A stretch of 64,000 nt of DNA, taken from assembly GCA_034226945.1 (NCBI GenBank), contig CP120458.1, forward strand, positions 1 to 64,000, read 5' to 3'. This DNA comes from Picochlorum sp. SENEW3. Taxonomy: Eukaryota. Position 1 is the first letter of the stretch. Every line of letters begins with the position of its first letter. The notes beneath the pieces are model-generated. The model did not search any database. It had not been told where the DNA came from and saw nothing but the letters and a program-made list of their open reading frames with translations. Shown one piece after another: positions 14,568 to 26,800 of the stretch. The translations under genes were made by a program, and so were the position numbers.

Positions 14568-16245
14568 AACCTGGAGCTAGACTACACAGACAACATATGA
14601 GATAGAGAGAGATGTAATAAGATGTGTATGAAAAGAATAAAGAAGAGAGATGAAAAAAAGTATTGTCTTTATTTCACAACAACAGCAAGCACTAGAGTAA
14701 CGTTGCACTAATGCTGGAGCAATCATCTCAGTATCATCAGTATGCATGGCACATTGTCTTACTTACACTTCATGTGTTGCAATGGGCATAGTAGGATAGT
14801 AATATATAGATACAACAATTGCGACGCTTCTTTGGGGGAAGATGTCGTCGTGTTTCAAGACTGCTCCACAGCTCTCCCCTCTTCTTCCTCCTGGCTTCGC
14901 TGTGTGCTCCACACCCAGGCTTTTTTCCCCATCAGACGAGGTCTTGGATGGGGAGAGCTGTGAATAAACATCACGATGATATCCGCTCGGTCAAACCTCC
15001 CTTGTGATGGGAGATAAAAAAGGCACGCTGAGTGTGGCCGAGCGGTGAAAGCGGGTGGGCTCTCTGGGACCATGGTCATCCTTTTTTTTTGTCCTCATTT
15101 ACGGACGAACACCACGTCCGAGGAGGAGACCGGAGTTCATACATAAGTTGGTCCTACTTTTTTATTGTGTTTGTTTACGGACATTCACCAGAGACCCGAC
15201 TCTACGGGTCGCATGCTAACGGTCTGGGGCTTTGTCGGACCGAAGGGTTGAGAACGAGCTGAGAAGCATGAGAGGGTGCTCCTCCTCCTCCTCCTCCTCC
15301 TAGGAGTTGTCCTCACAACACAAAGGAGGAAAAGTAGTCGTGTGAGAACCAGCCCGAATAGGTTAGAGTATAAGGTGTCCCTTCATATGGTTGTTGTGCA
15401 TACGCAACATACTGCGGCTATCTCTCGACTGTTCCAGACCAAGTTGACACCGCCTTCCACAGAGCCATGACATCGCGTTGGCCCAGGCGGTGCCACGCAC
15501 TGCCGAAGAAACGGTGCCTCACAGTGGGGTTCATTAATATTGAATGGAATGGATAATTAAAACAGTATTCAGGAGTCCCTCCGTCGTCAACGCATCGGTT
15601 TCCACGCCAACCGGCGTTTGTCGATTCCGATCGCGTCGCGACAGTTGGGACCAGCACAGGCCTGGAGTCGTCCTCCACGGGCATGAAGGAGCATCATTCT
15701 TGCTTTAAAATTAGATATCAGTCGAAAGAGCCGACGACTGACCACCACGGAGCACAAGAGGGTTCCAACAACAACCGTTCCACGGGAATGTCATGACAAC
15801 ACTCGCAACGGTGCCAACAGGCCACGACCTCCTTCTCCCAGGTTTTCCAACCTCAAGTACCTTATATTGATATATCTTTCTCCCTCCATACATCAAAGTC
15901 ACACGCGTTGCTTTGCCCAGAGCTTGTTGCGAATTCTGTTGTGAACATTGGTGGTGAATGCGACGCGAACTACTACTACTCCGAATGACGGCAAGGGATT
16001 ATGGGAAATCTCTTGACACTGCTGTTTCTTCTCCTGAAGTGCATATGAAATGCCTTAAGTCGGCAGACCACGGGTAAAAGCTCTCAACCTTCGAGTCTGA
16101 GGCAACTGCTTGTGCTTTGACTCCTGGACCGTTACAAAAACATGCGATGGCCAAGGTGGGTCCTCGCCATGTAAATGCTCCATCTGGCTCCTTGCATATG
16201 TTTTTCGGATACATATAAGGCTTAGTAGCACCACAGACGCGACGA

Positions 16246-16471
16246 TATAGTGCTCACGTGCCCACACTCGTATCCCAAGCGTTGCAAAGTGACTCCCAGA
16301 CACACCCCTCGCTATGTGGTCGGTCGTCGCGAGTATGGCAAATCCGGGGGAGGACATTTGAGATATTAGATATACAAGCCTGCTGAATGTGACAGACCCA
16401 GAGGAAGATGTCTCATGCGGCCAGAAAAGTGACCCCAAGCCAAAAGTTTGAGGTTCTGAACACCCCTTTAC
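16246..16471 (+). other. Fragment of a KDZ-type gene embedded in unit X
   Basis: Aligns with 57543-57767; absent at the equivalent position in the X copies near 19100-19250 and 51200-51360. Confidence 0.8.
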
Positions 16472-16741
16472 TCAATTGGGACATGCGGTGACCAAGGTTT
16501 GTGGTCGCCACACAAATGCCCGATCTGGCAGTTCGCACGGTTTCTATGGGTATATGAAAGACTCGACAGCGCCACGGACCCGGCGAAACAGAGCTCAGCG
16601 GACCAGCAGCGCGTGATTTCTTATCCCAATTATCCCTTATCCCTTTTTAGCCAGTCCTGGTGACCGGTGAGAGGGATGCTTGGACCGGACGCATTAGTCG
16701 ACTAATTTCTCGAGGGGAGCCACCGGGCAGAACCCCAGTAG

Positions 16742-17074
16742 AAGAACAACCTGGAGCCACCCTACACAGACAACATGTGAGATTCTCTAGAGAAAGAGGT
16801 ATAATAATACCTGTGAAATGAATAAATAAGGAAAAGACATCATGAAACAAGAATGAAATGGAAACAAATCGTCGTCTTCACAACAACAACAAGAAGCAAG
16901 CTGAGGCAAGCACTGGAGTAACGTTGCACGAATGCTGGAGCAACTATCTCAGTATCATCAGTATGCATGGCACGTTGTCTTACTTAGACTACATGTGATG
17001 CAATGAGCATAGTAGGATAGTACTATATAAATACAATTGCGACGCTTCTTTGGGGAAGATCTCGACGTGTTTTA
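16742..17074 (+). repeat. Partial unit X arm
   Basis: Aligns with 14568-14855 and 40345-40660 (actggagtaacgttgcacgaatgctgg...). Confidence 0.85.
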
Positions 17075-17391
17075 TGTGGCAGCGTACATTGCCAGTCGTG
17101 GCCTGGATTTCCTTCGCAGGTTACACAACGTACTGCCAATACACTCTCGTGTCGTTGCCAACACAGAGCGTTCAACCTTCACACGCAGCGAGGTTCGATA
17201 GAAGAGGATGGAGTAGAATACCAACCAATGTACAGAGGGTTCTCTCTTCCTTCACAAGATAGTTTGAATTAGAAGTTGTTACATGAGAATACATCTTCTC
17301 AGTATATGAAATTGACCATGATGACCAGATCTCTCCTAGGGATCTCATCTCCCTAGATGTTGACGAGAGATCTCCTCCTACAGGGACATAG
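17075..17391 (-). mobile_element. Near-complete solo gypsy LTR (lacks the first 12 bp)
   Basis: Reverse complement of the LTR. It carries variants of the 54647 LTR (ctatgtccc, gatgtattc, tctactcc, cctcgctg, aggaaatcc). Confidence 0.95.
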
Positions 17392-17418
17392 AATACAATA
17401 AAAAAACCCGACCAAAAG

Positions 17419-17567
17419 GTTATTTGCCGGTTACTTGCCGGATACTTGACGGTTACTTGCCGGATACTTGCTGGATACTTGCCGGATACTTGCTGGATAC
17501 TTGCCGGTTACTTGCTGGTTACTTGCCGGTTACTTGCCGGTTACTTGCCGGTTACTTGCAGGTTACT
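17419..17567. repeat. 11-bp minisatellite (TTACTTGCCGG)n, ~13 copies
   Basis: Direct reading: ttacttgccgg / atacttgctgg variants. Confidence 0.95.
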
Positions 17568-17639
17568 TTGTCGTGGTCATACATTTTTATAGTCCTCATT
17601 TAAAGACGCCCAAGGTGCACATCACCTTCACCCCACTGA

Positions 17640-17885
17640 AAACCCATACCAGAGACAATGTCCACTCTTCTCGCTTTGCACATACATTGATATTATATAA
17701 ATACATCTACACAAAAACGCGCAGGACTGGACATTGTCTTTGACACCACCAAACACGCGCTGGAAGCTCGGTCATACTCACCACCGGTGTGGCCACTTCA
17801 ACCCGCCGAATGACCATGCCAGAGACAATGTCCACTCTTCTCGCTTTGCACATACAATGATATTATATAAATACATCTATACACG
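17640..17885. repeat. ~1.5 monomers of the 170-bp satellite C
   Basis: agagacaatgtccact at 17651 and 17821; same family as 37908-38880. Confidence 0.9.
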
Positions 17886-19970
17886 AATGCTGGAGCAACT
17901 ATCTCAGTATCATCAGTATGCATGGCACGTTGTCTTACTTAGACTACATGTGATGCAATGGGCATAGTAGGATATATAAAAATACAATTGCGACGATTCT
18001 TTGGGGAAGATCTCGTCGTGTTGAAAGACTGCTCCACAGCTCTGTCCTCCTCCACCTGTGTGTGCTCCACATATCCAGGCGCTCCCATCAGAAGGGGTCT
18101 TCCATCGGAGGAGTAGTAGGAGAGGAAGAACAACAACGAAAAAAGAAACTACCATCATATCCCCGGTCAAATTTCCCTTGTGATGGGAGATGAAAAAAAT
18201 CACGCTGAGTGTAGCCGAACGGGTGCCTTAGAGCCGGCTCTAATACCATGGTCGCGCTTTTTTATTGTCTTCATTTACGGAGGGACACGCCGGAAAAAGA
18301 AAGAAAAAAGGCCGGCGTCATCCCACTGTCCCTGCTGTATAAATGCACCATCTGGCACCTTGCATAGTTTTTCTTTGGACACATAGAACACTTGGTAGTA
18401 GCACCACAGATGTGACCCGAAACAGAAAACGCACTCAGCCATCTTTTTGCTGACTACGCATCATGTGGCCTCGGTGACCCCACACCCTTGCCACTCACTG
18501 GCAGTGCATAGCAGCATTGGTTGTTGGCATTGGATGATTGGACAAATATAACAATATTGAAGGCCATTTCAGTCGGTGCCGAGTCGAATGGATCTCACCG
18601 ACCGACGTTGGTCCATTCCGATCGCGTCGCGACGGTTGGGACGAAGACGCCCAGAATATTCCTCCATGGACATGAAGGAGCATCATTCTTGATTTAAAAT
18701 TATTTATCAGTCGAAAGAGCCGACGATTGACCACCACGGAGCACAAGAGGGGTCCAACAACAACCGTTCCACGGGAATGTCAGGACGACAACAATCACAA
18801 CGGTGCCAATAAGCCACGACCTCTTGTCCTAGTGGTTCCTACCCTCTATCTTATATTGATATATATGTATCCCTTCAACAATCAAACTCACAAAGTTTGC
18901 TTTGCCCAGAGGTTGTTGTGAATTCTGTTGGGACGCGAACTACTCCTGATGCTGGCGAGCGGGGAAGCTCTTTACACTGCTAGTTCCTTCTCATCAAGTC
19001 CATATGGATGCCTAAACTCGGCAGGCCACGGGCGAAAGCTCTCAACCTTCGAGTCTGAGGCAACTGCTTGTGCTTTGACTCCTGGCCCATTACAAAAACA
19101 TGCGGTGACTAAGGTTGGTCATCGCCACCCAAATGCCCGATCTGGCAGTTCGCACGGTTTCTGTGGATACATGAAAGACTCAACAGCGCCACGGACGCGG
19201 CGAAACAAGACTCAGCCGACCAGCAGCGCGTGATTCGTGACTCCATTGGGACATGCGGTGACCAAGGTTTGTGGTCGCCCCCCAAATGCCCGATCTGGCA
19301 GTTCGCACGGTTTCTGTGGATACATGAAAGACTCAACAGCGCCACGGACGCGGCGAAACAAGACTCAGTCGACCAGCAGCGCGTGATTCGTGACTCCATT
19401 GGGACATGCGGTGACCAAGGTTTGTGGTCGCCCCCCAAATGCCCGATCTGGCAGTTCGCACGGTTTCTGTGGATACATGAAAGACTCAACAGCGCCACGG
19501 ACCCGGCGAAACAGAGCTCAGTCGACCAGCAGCGCGTGATTCCTGACTCCATTGGGACATGCGGTGACCAAGGTTTGTGGTCGCCCCCCAAATGCCCGAT
19601 CTGGCAGTTCGCACGGTTTCTGTGGATACATGAAAGACTCAACAGCGCCACGGACGCGGCGAAACAAGACTCAGTCGACCAGCAGCGCGTGATTCGTGAC
19701 TCAATTGGGACATGCGGTGACCAAGGTTTGTGGTCGCCCCCCAAATGCCCGATCTGGCAGTTCGCACGGTTTCTTTGGATACATGAAAGACTCAACAGCG
19801 CCACGGACCCGGCGAAACAGAGCTCAGTCGACCAGCAGCGCGTGATTTCTAATCCCAATTATCCCTTATCCCTTTTTAGCCAGTCCTGGTGACCGGTCAG
19901 AGGGGTGCCTGGACCGGACCTATTAGTCGACTAATTTCTCGAGGGGAGCCACCGGGCAGAAACCCAGTAG
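17881..19970 (+). repeat. Unit X copy ending at ...CCCAGTAG
   Basis: Collinear with 47093-47318 plus 50353-51772 and with 36096-37246. Confidence 0.9.
19099..19848. repeat. 153-bp tandem repeat B (5 copies), subterminal in unit X
   Basis: acatgcggtgac recurs at about 19099, 19251, 19404, 19557 and 19710. Confidence 0.95.
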
Positions 19971-22807
19971 AGGATCTCGAGGACAGCGACGCTTCTGATG
20001 ATGAGGAGGCCGACCCAGACGAAATTGTTACACCTACTAATGAGCGCTTCCGGTGCACCCAGGGTTCGCATTTCAAAAGTTTTCTCATGGCAGTGTTGGG
20101 TGAGGAAGAAGGAAACAATATTGGTCAGGCAAGGGAAGACATGTGTGAGGAAGATGAGGCACCTTGCACTTTGCTTCAGCTAACCTCTGCACTGCTCGAG
20201 CTAGAAACAAAGCACGCTATATCAAAGGAGGCGATGCAGGACATCTTGAGCATAGTGCGAATGGGGAGGAGAAACTATGACAGGATGATCATCCCACCAT
20301 CAATTCATCTTCTGAGGAAGACCATGGGTGTTCCAGACCTCCAAACTGTCGAATACCATAAGTGTCCCTGCGGATACATCTACAAAAATGCTGTATTACC
20401 AAACGAAAGGAATAAGGACGAAGAATGTGGAGCGGGATGTGGTAGGACGAGGTTCAAGGCAGATAGCTGTGGGAGCCCAAAACCTTGGCAGCATTTTTAC
20501 TACTATGGCGTCGAGAATTGCATCAGGAGTCTCTTTTCTTCCCAGAAATTTCGAAATTCGAGGAACAAGAGCGTCGAGAGTGATCGCGCAGGAAATTCAG
20601 TCTACAAGTCTGCATGGTTCAGATGGCTGACAGAAAAGGAACCCAGTGCAGGAGACAACGTGACCAGTATTTGGTCCATCGGCATTGATGGATCTCAGCC
20701 ATTTGGAAGAATGGCCCATTCTTGCACTTTGATTGTATTGAAGTGTGAAGATATGGACTCGGAAGGCCGTTACCTAAGTTGTAACAGTAGGCTCCTTGGA
20801 ATCATTCCTGGTCCAAAGGAGCCCAAAGACCTGAATCCCTTCCTATGCTTTATTGGTGAGGAGTTTGAGCGACTTCGATCATCCACAATGTCATACGAGT
20901 ACCAGGAATGCGATGAATCTGGTGAAGCCATCACATATTCTGGAACTCATCGGCCTGTCCTGGGATTTATTTATGCAGATGCCAAGGCAAGAGAAAAGGT
21001 CCATTTGTGCTTCCCAGGGATTGCTATCAAAGGCTGTTATTTCTGCTGGCAGCATGCCTCACAAGTTCTGGAACAAGAAGAAGGGACGTCTCGCAAGCGA
21101 CGATTGTTCACAGGCTACGTGGACAATGATGCAGCAACGCATGTCGATGGCCTTAATGAACAAGTGTTCAAGGCCTCCAGGGTCTCCAGTGCCTCTAGAG
21201 ATGATCGCCCTGCCATCGAGAAATCCGTTATCCGACATGCCCACATGGAGCAAATATTGAATACCATGAAGAATGCTACAATACATGGTACACATAAGGG
21301 GACAACCCTGAAGGAATGGCAGAAACGGCTTCGCATTTACGATTATGCAAGTGTTTCATGTTGTCCCCACTTTACATGTCAAGCATGGCATACCCGCCCC
21401 GCTGTACCATTTCTTTCTTTTGGGACTTGCGAAGAATTTCATCAAGTACATATGGGATGGCCATGGTAAAAAGAAGACTAGTGATCCCGATAGCAGGAGT
21501 ATGAGAATCACCAGCAAGGAGACTGTTATGCGATTGGAGAAAGGAATCATTCTGAGCAACTCTTTCAACCGCCCGTACTCGTCGATAGAGTACTGCAATG
21601 GTTGGATCTGCGAGGAAGTCAAAGTTTTTATAGAAGTGCATTCGTGCGCTCTCTTCAATGAGGAGGTGACGGGCGTTCCAGTGCTCACACCAAAGGCCAT
21701 GGAAGCTTGGGGACATTTGAGGAAATTCACCATGCATCATATCAGCCATGGAGAGGGCTACAAACTCGAGCCATCGTCAGCCTTGGAACATCTCAAAGAA
21801 TTCTCCAGGATATGCCAGGAAGAGAAGGCATACGAATTGCTGACGCCCAACCTTCACACAGCCAACTGCCTCCTCCACCATCAGGAGAACTTCCTTGGCC
21901 CACTGGACCAGATGTCAGAACTCTGGGTGGAACGGGCCATGCGTCTTGTTTCTTCAACGAGTTGTATAAATGTTCCGGAATCAACTTTGGCAAAGCGATA
22001 TCTCATTAAAGCTGCTTTAGAGAGAGCAAAGCAGGAACTTGGGCCAGCTGACCAGAGTGCCATCCCTACATATGCCCCAAATCGACAACGACTTGTCTCA
22101 GGGATGATGTACGACCTGCAACCGCATGCAACGTATTATCTTCGCGGGAAAGGGTCGGAGCAAAATGTAACCGGTTGCATCCAGGCCCGAGATTCTGCCA
22201 AGGATAAACTGAAGGCGTCTGTAGAGGAAGAGAAGGTGAATCTCCTCACAGAGTTCCATGCAAAACACAAGAATGAAAGGCCGAGAGAGCCGCAAAAAGA
22301 TATCATATTGTACAGCCATTCATCGTGCAATATTTTGGTGGATGGCAAGGGCTTCAGTATCAATCGTTCTATGAGACACGGGACAAAAAGAGGCGGTCAC
22401 ACTTTGTCTTGCTGAAGGACAAGGATTCTGAGGCTCGCCATATTGGCCTAGTGTACGACTTTATCCGCATATTCAGTCCTCGAGCACCGGATGAAGTGGA
22501 AAGACACGCGGTTTGTGGGATATACAAGACTTCGAGGATGAATTGCCATGGATCCACGGTCTACACAGTTCAAGAGTTCAAAGGGGAGAGCCCATGGAAG
22601 GATGACAAACATGTGACAACAGTACCAATCACAGATCTCGTGTGTCAGGTTTCTTGTTTCGAAATGATCAAAAATGGTTGGAAGGGAGAATGGCCCCACC
22701 ACAAACTTGTAGAAGGCGGCAACAGAAAAGAAATGGACAAAATGCTTGCCTTCTTCCCGACGAAGGGGTCCACCTTCGCAACAGCGGAAGATACTGCTAT
22801 CGAATAA
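19971..22807 (+). pseudogene. CMC/EnSpm (CACTA TnpD/Transposase_21-like) transposase, 5'-truncated, two frameshifts
   Basis: YHKCPCG...C..GCG..RF Zn motif; IGIDGSQPF...HS; LLGIIPGPKEP..LNPFL; DAKAR.K...GCYFC; YHFFLLGLAK; TPNLH...H; WVER. Spread over ORFs 19889-21469, 21345-22415 and 22325-22807. Possible right terminus ...ATTTTCTGTG at 23130 (CACAG-type). Confidence 0.85.
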
Positions 22808-23877
22808 TGATAAACATATAATGTATTGAAATTCCGCGACAGACAGCGTTGAATCGTGGCTATCGTGCAGGAATCGGTGCCTTGTGGTGGCCTCCGGAAT
22901 TTCCTTAATAAGTACCACAGGTCGACGCGTCGACGTACGTCCAGGCTCCTCAAAATTTTCACACAACCCAATTTACTCAGAGGCCCATAACTTTTGGAAT
23001 ATCGCACCAAATCTCCCCATTTTTGTTTCAATAGACATATTTTCTTACCATCTTTCCGGTGAACGGAACGAAATAATAAAATACCCCTCAGGAAAATTTG
23101 GGATTTAAGGAGGCCAGCACATTTTCTGTGAGTGTATCAAACGGAAATTTACTCCTCTTCCACCCCACCCCCACCCCCCAAAAAGAAAAGGTTTCAGGCC
23201 GCTCTTAGTTGATTCCGTGGTTCCCGTCTAGGTGATTCTCAGAATCCAGTCGGTAGGCGCTCGAAAAATGAGAAAAGCTCGAAAAAATAAAATCGTCAAT
23301 AGTGCGTCCAAATGACTTCAAATCTCTAGTTCTGTAATAGTTCTACAATATAGATGTAATTTAGACACCGTTTGTGGAGTTCGAAGTCAAAAATCACCGT
23401 ATGGCTCTGTGTGGGGCATGCCCCCAAGGCTGGTCTGGTCAACATCACCGTCAGACCTCTGTCAACCGCGATCTATTCGAGCATGTATAGATAAAATGGC
23501 TCCTCATAGCCCCTTCTTCTCTTTTGGAGCCTTACAGAGTCTATGGGGTCAATTGCACAATTTGAATTTGGCCGACTGGGGAGTCATGGCTGGATCCAGT
23601 CCACGGCCATCAACGATGGTCCATGATCGAGTTTGGCCCCAAAAGCCCGTCAATCGACTCCTTTTGACGAGCTCTATCGCATGGTGGCCTCGAAAAGTGC
23701 GAATTCTTCACGAGTGATGAGATGGACGGCATTCTAATTTTTTGGGCACATCATCGCGAAATCCATTCGCTCGGGGACGGGAACCACGGAATCAATTAAG
23801 AGCGGCCTCACAAATATTGAATATTGCATTGGAATAATTATTTAAACAATCTTTTCGATATCGACAAGCGAAATCAA

Positions 23878-26800
23878 ATGTCATCGATTAGTGATTCGCA
23901 CAGAAGCAATATTATGTGGAGTGGGACACGAAACTGGGATTCAGAAGAAAGCCCACAGTTTGGCGAAGTTCTCAATTTCTTAGCTGGAAATGGATGCCCC
24001 ATTGATGCAACGAATTCTGATGGGAATACCGCTTTGATTCTTGCCTCAGGATGTGGCAATTATAACAATGAAAGCTCTCCTGCCATAGCCTCTGAACTGG
24101 CTGATATAATTGGTCTTAATACATTAAGTGATGCATCCCCCGATGAAAATGATGATAATCGTGATGTTTTGATTGCGTTGATGCGTGCATCTATAAGCGA
24201 AGATAATGATCTTGTCAATATCACATTGATTGGGGTACTAGATGGTGATCTAAATCTAAAGAATGATCAAGAAAAGACAGCCTTGATGCTTGCCTGTGAG
24301 AGAAGACGAGGACGTATTGTCCGTGCATTGATCAGAGCAGGCGTGGATTTGAATCTGCAGAATGATGAAGGAAAGACAGCCTTGATGCTTGCCTGTGAAA
24401 GCGAAAACATTTTCGTTGTCCGTGCATTGATCAGAGCAGATGCTGATGTGAATCTGCAGAATAATCAAGGAAATACGGCCTTGATGCTTGCCTCTGGAAG
24501 CCAAAATTTTTTAGTTCTCCGTGCATTGATTAGGGCTAATGCTGATGTGCATCTGCAGAATGATCAAGGAAAGACAGCCTTGATGCTTGCATCGGAGAGA
24601 GGACATGGGGATATTGTCTGTGCATTGATCAGAGCAGATGCTGATGTGAATCTGCAGAATGGCCGCAACTCAACTGCGCTGATGCTTGCTTCGGCCAGGG
24701 GAAATCTTGAGATTGTTGATGCACTGATTGGAGCTAATGCTGATTTGAATCTGCAGAATGATGAAGGAGAGACAGCCTTGATGCTTGCGTCGGAGAGAGG
24801 AGATGGGGATATTGTCCGTACATTGATCAGAGCAGATGCTGATGTGAATGTGCAGAATGATCAAGGAAAGACGGCCTTGATGCTTGCGTCGGAGAGAGGA
24901 CATGGGGGTATTGTCTGTGCATTGATCAGAGCAGATGCTGATGTGCATCTGCAGAATAATCAAGGAAATACGGCATTGATGCTTGCCTCTGAAAGCGGAA
25001 CCGCTTTTGCTGTCCGTGCATTGATCAGAGCAGATGCTGATGTGAATGTGCAGAATGATCAAGGAAAGACGGCCTTGATGCTTGCGTCGGAGAGAGGACA
25101 TGGGGGTATTGTCTGTGCATTGATCAGTGCAGATGCTGATGTGCATCTGCAGAATAATCAAGGAAATACGGCATTGATGCTTGCCTCTGAAAGCGGAACC
25201 GCTTTTGCTGTCCGTGCATTGATCAGAGCAGATGCTGATGTGCATCTGCAGAATGGCCGCAACTCAACTGCGCTGATGCTTGCTTCAGCCAGGGGAAATC
25301 TTGAGATTGTTGATGCACTGATTGGGGCTAATGCTGATTTGAATCTGCAGAATGATGAAGGAAATACGGCATTGATGCTTGCCTCTGAAAGCGGAACCGC
25401 TTTTGCTGTCCGTGCATTGATCAGAGCAGATGCTGATGTGCATCTGCAGAATGGCCGCAACTCAACTGCGCTGATGCTTGCTACAGCCAGGGGAAATCTC
25501 GAGATTGTTGATGCACTGATTGGGGCTAATGCTGATTTGAATCTGCAGAATGATGAAGGAAAGACAGCCTTGATGCTTGCGTCGGAGAGAGGAGATGGGG
25601 ATATTGTCCGTGCATTGATTAGGGCAGATGCTGATGTGAATCTGCAGAATGACCGCAACTCAACCGCGCTAATGCTTGCTTCAGTCAGGGGAAATCTCGA
25701 GATTGTTGATGCACTGATTATGGCTAATGCTGATGTGAATCTGCAGAATGGCCGCAACTCAACTGCGTTGATGCTTGCTTCAGCCAGGGGAAATCTTGAG
25801 ATTGTTAATGCACTGATTGGGGCTAATGCTGATTTGAATCTGCAGAATGAAGGAAAGACAGCCTTGATGCTTGCGTCGGAGAGAGGAGATGGGGATATTG
25901 TCCGTGCATTGATCAGAGCAGATGCTGATGTGCATCTGCAGAATAATCAAGGAAATACGGCATTGATGCTTGCCTCTCTCATGCCCAGAGTACATGGAGA
26001 TATTGTCCGTGCGTTGATTGGGACAGATGCGGATGTGAATCTGCAGAATGATCAAGGAAATACGGCATTGATGATTGCTTCAGCGAGAGAAAATCTGGAG
26101 ATTGTTGTTGCACTGATTGCGGCTAATGCTGATGTGAATCTGAGAAATGATCAAGGGAATACGGCATTGATGTTTGCCTCGGAGAGAGGACACGGAGATA
26201 TTGTCCGTGCATTGATCAGAGCAGATGCTAGTGTGAATCTAGCGAATGAACAAGGAGATATAGCCTTAGTCTTTGCATTTCAACATGCAAATCTAGCAGT
26301 CGCATATGCCTTGCTTGAGGCTGCTGCACATCTGAATGTGCTAAATATTGAACTATATACTGCTTTGATTGATGTGAATCTGAGAAATAATCGTGGGAAT
26401 ACAATCTTGATGCAAGCCTCGGAGAGAGGACATAAAGATATTGCTCATGCATTGATTAGGGCAGATGCTGATGTGAATCTGCAGAATGACCGCAACTCAA
26501 CTGCGCTGATGCTTGCTTCAGCCAGGGGAAATCTTGAGATTGTTGATGCACTGATTGGGGCTAATGCTGATTTGAATCTGCAGAATGATGAAGGAAATAC
26601 GGCATTGATGCTTGCCTCTGAAAGCGGAACCGCTTTTGCTGTCCGTGCATTGATCAGAGCAGATGCTGATGTGCATCTGCAGAATGGCCGCAACTCAACT
26701 GCGCTGATGCTTGCTTCAGCCAGGGGAAATCTTGAGATTGTTGATGCACTGATTGGAGCTAATGCTGATTTGAATCTGCAGAATGATGAAGGAGAGACAG

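Larger units (their letters stand above)
7573..16741 (+). repeat. Unit X copy 1: unclassified repeat (A/C-rich arm, body, ...CCCAGTAG end), interrupted by the gypsy element
   Basis: 7573-8660 and 14573-14880 align with 39232-40690. 15580-16240 and 16472-16741 align with 18590-19970 and 50650-51772. Confidence 0.85.

Noticed and set aside
1..19848. CRISPR-like array in the tandem repeats
   Set aside because: No unique spacers and no cas genes; these are head-to-tail satellites.
19109..19892. 220-249 aa ORFs on both strands of repeat B
   Set aside because: By-products of a 153-bp tandem unit; copy number varies and no domain is evident.
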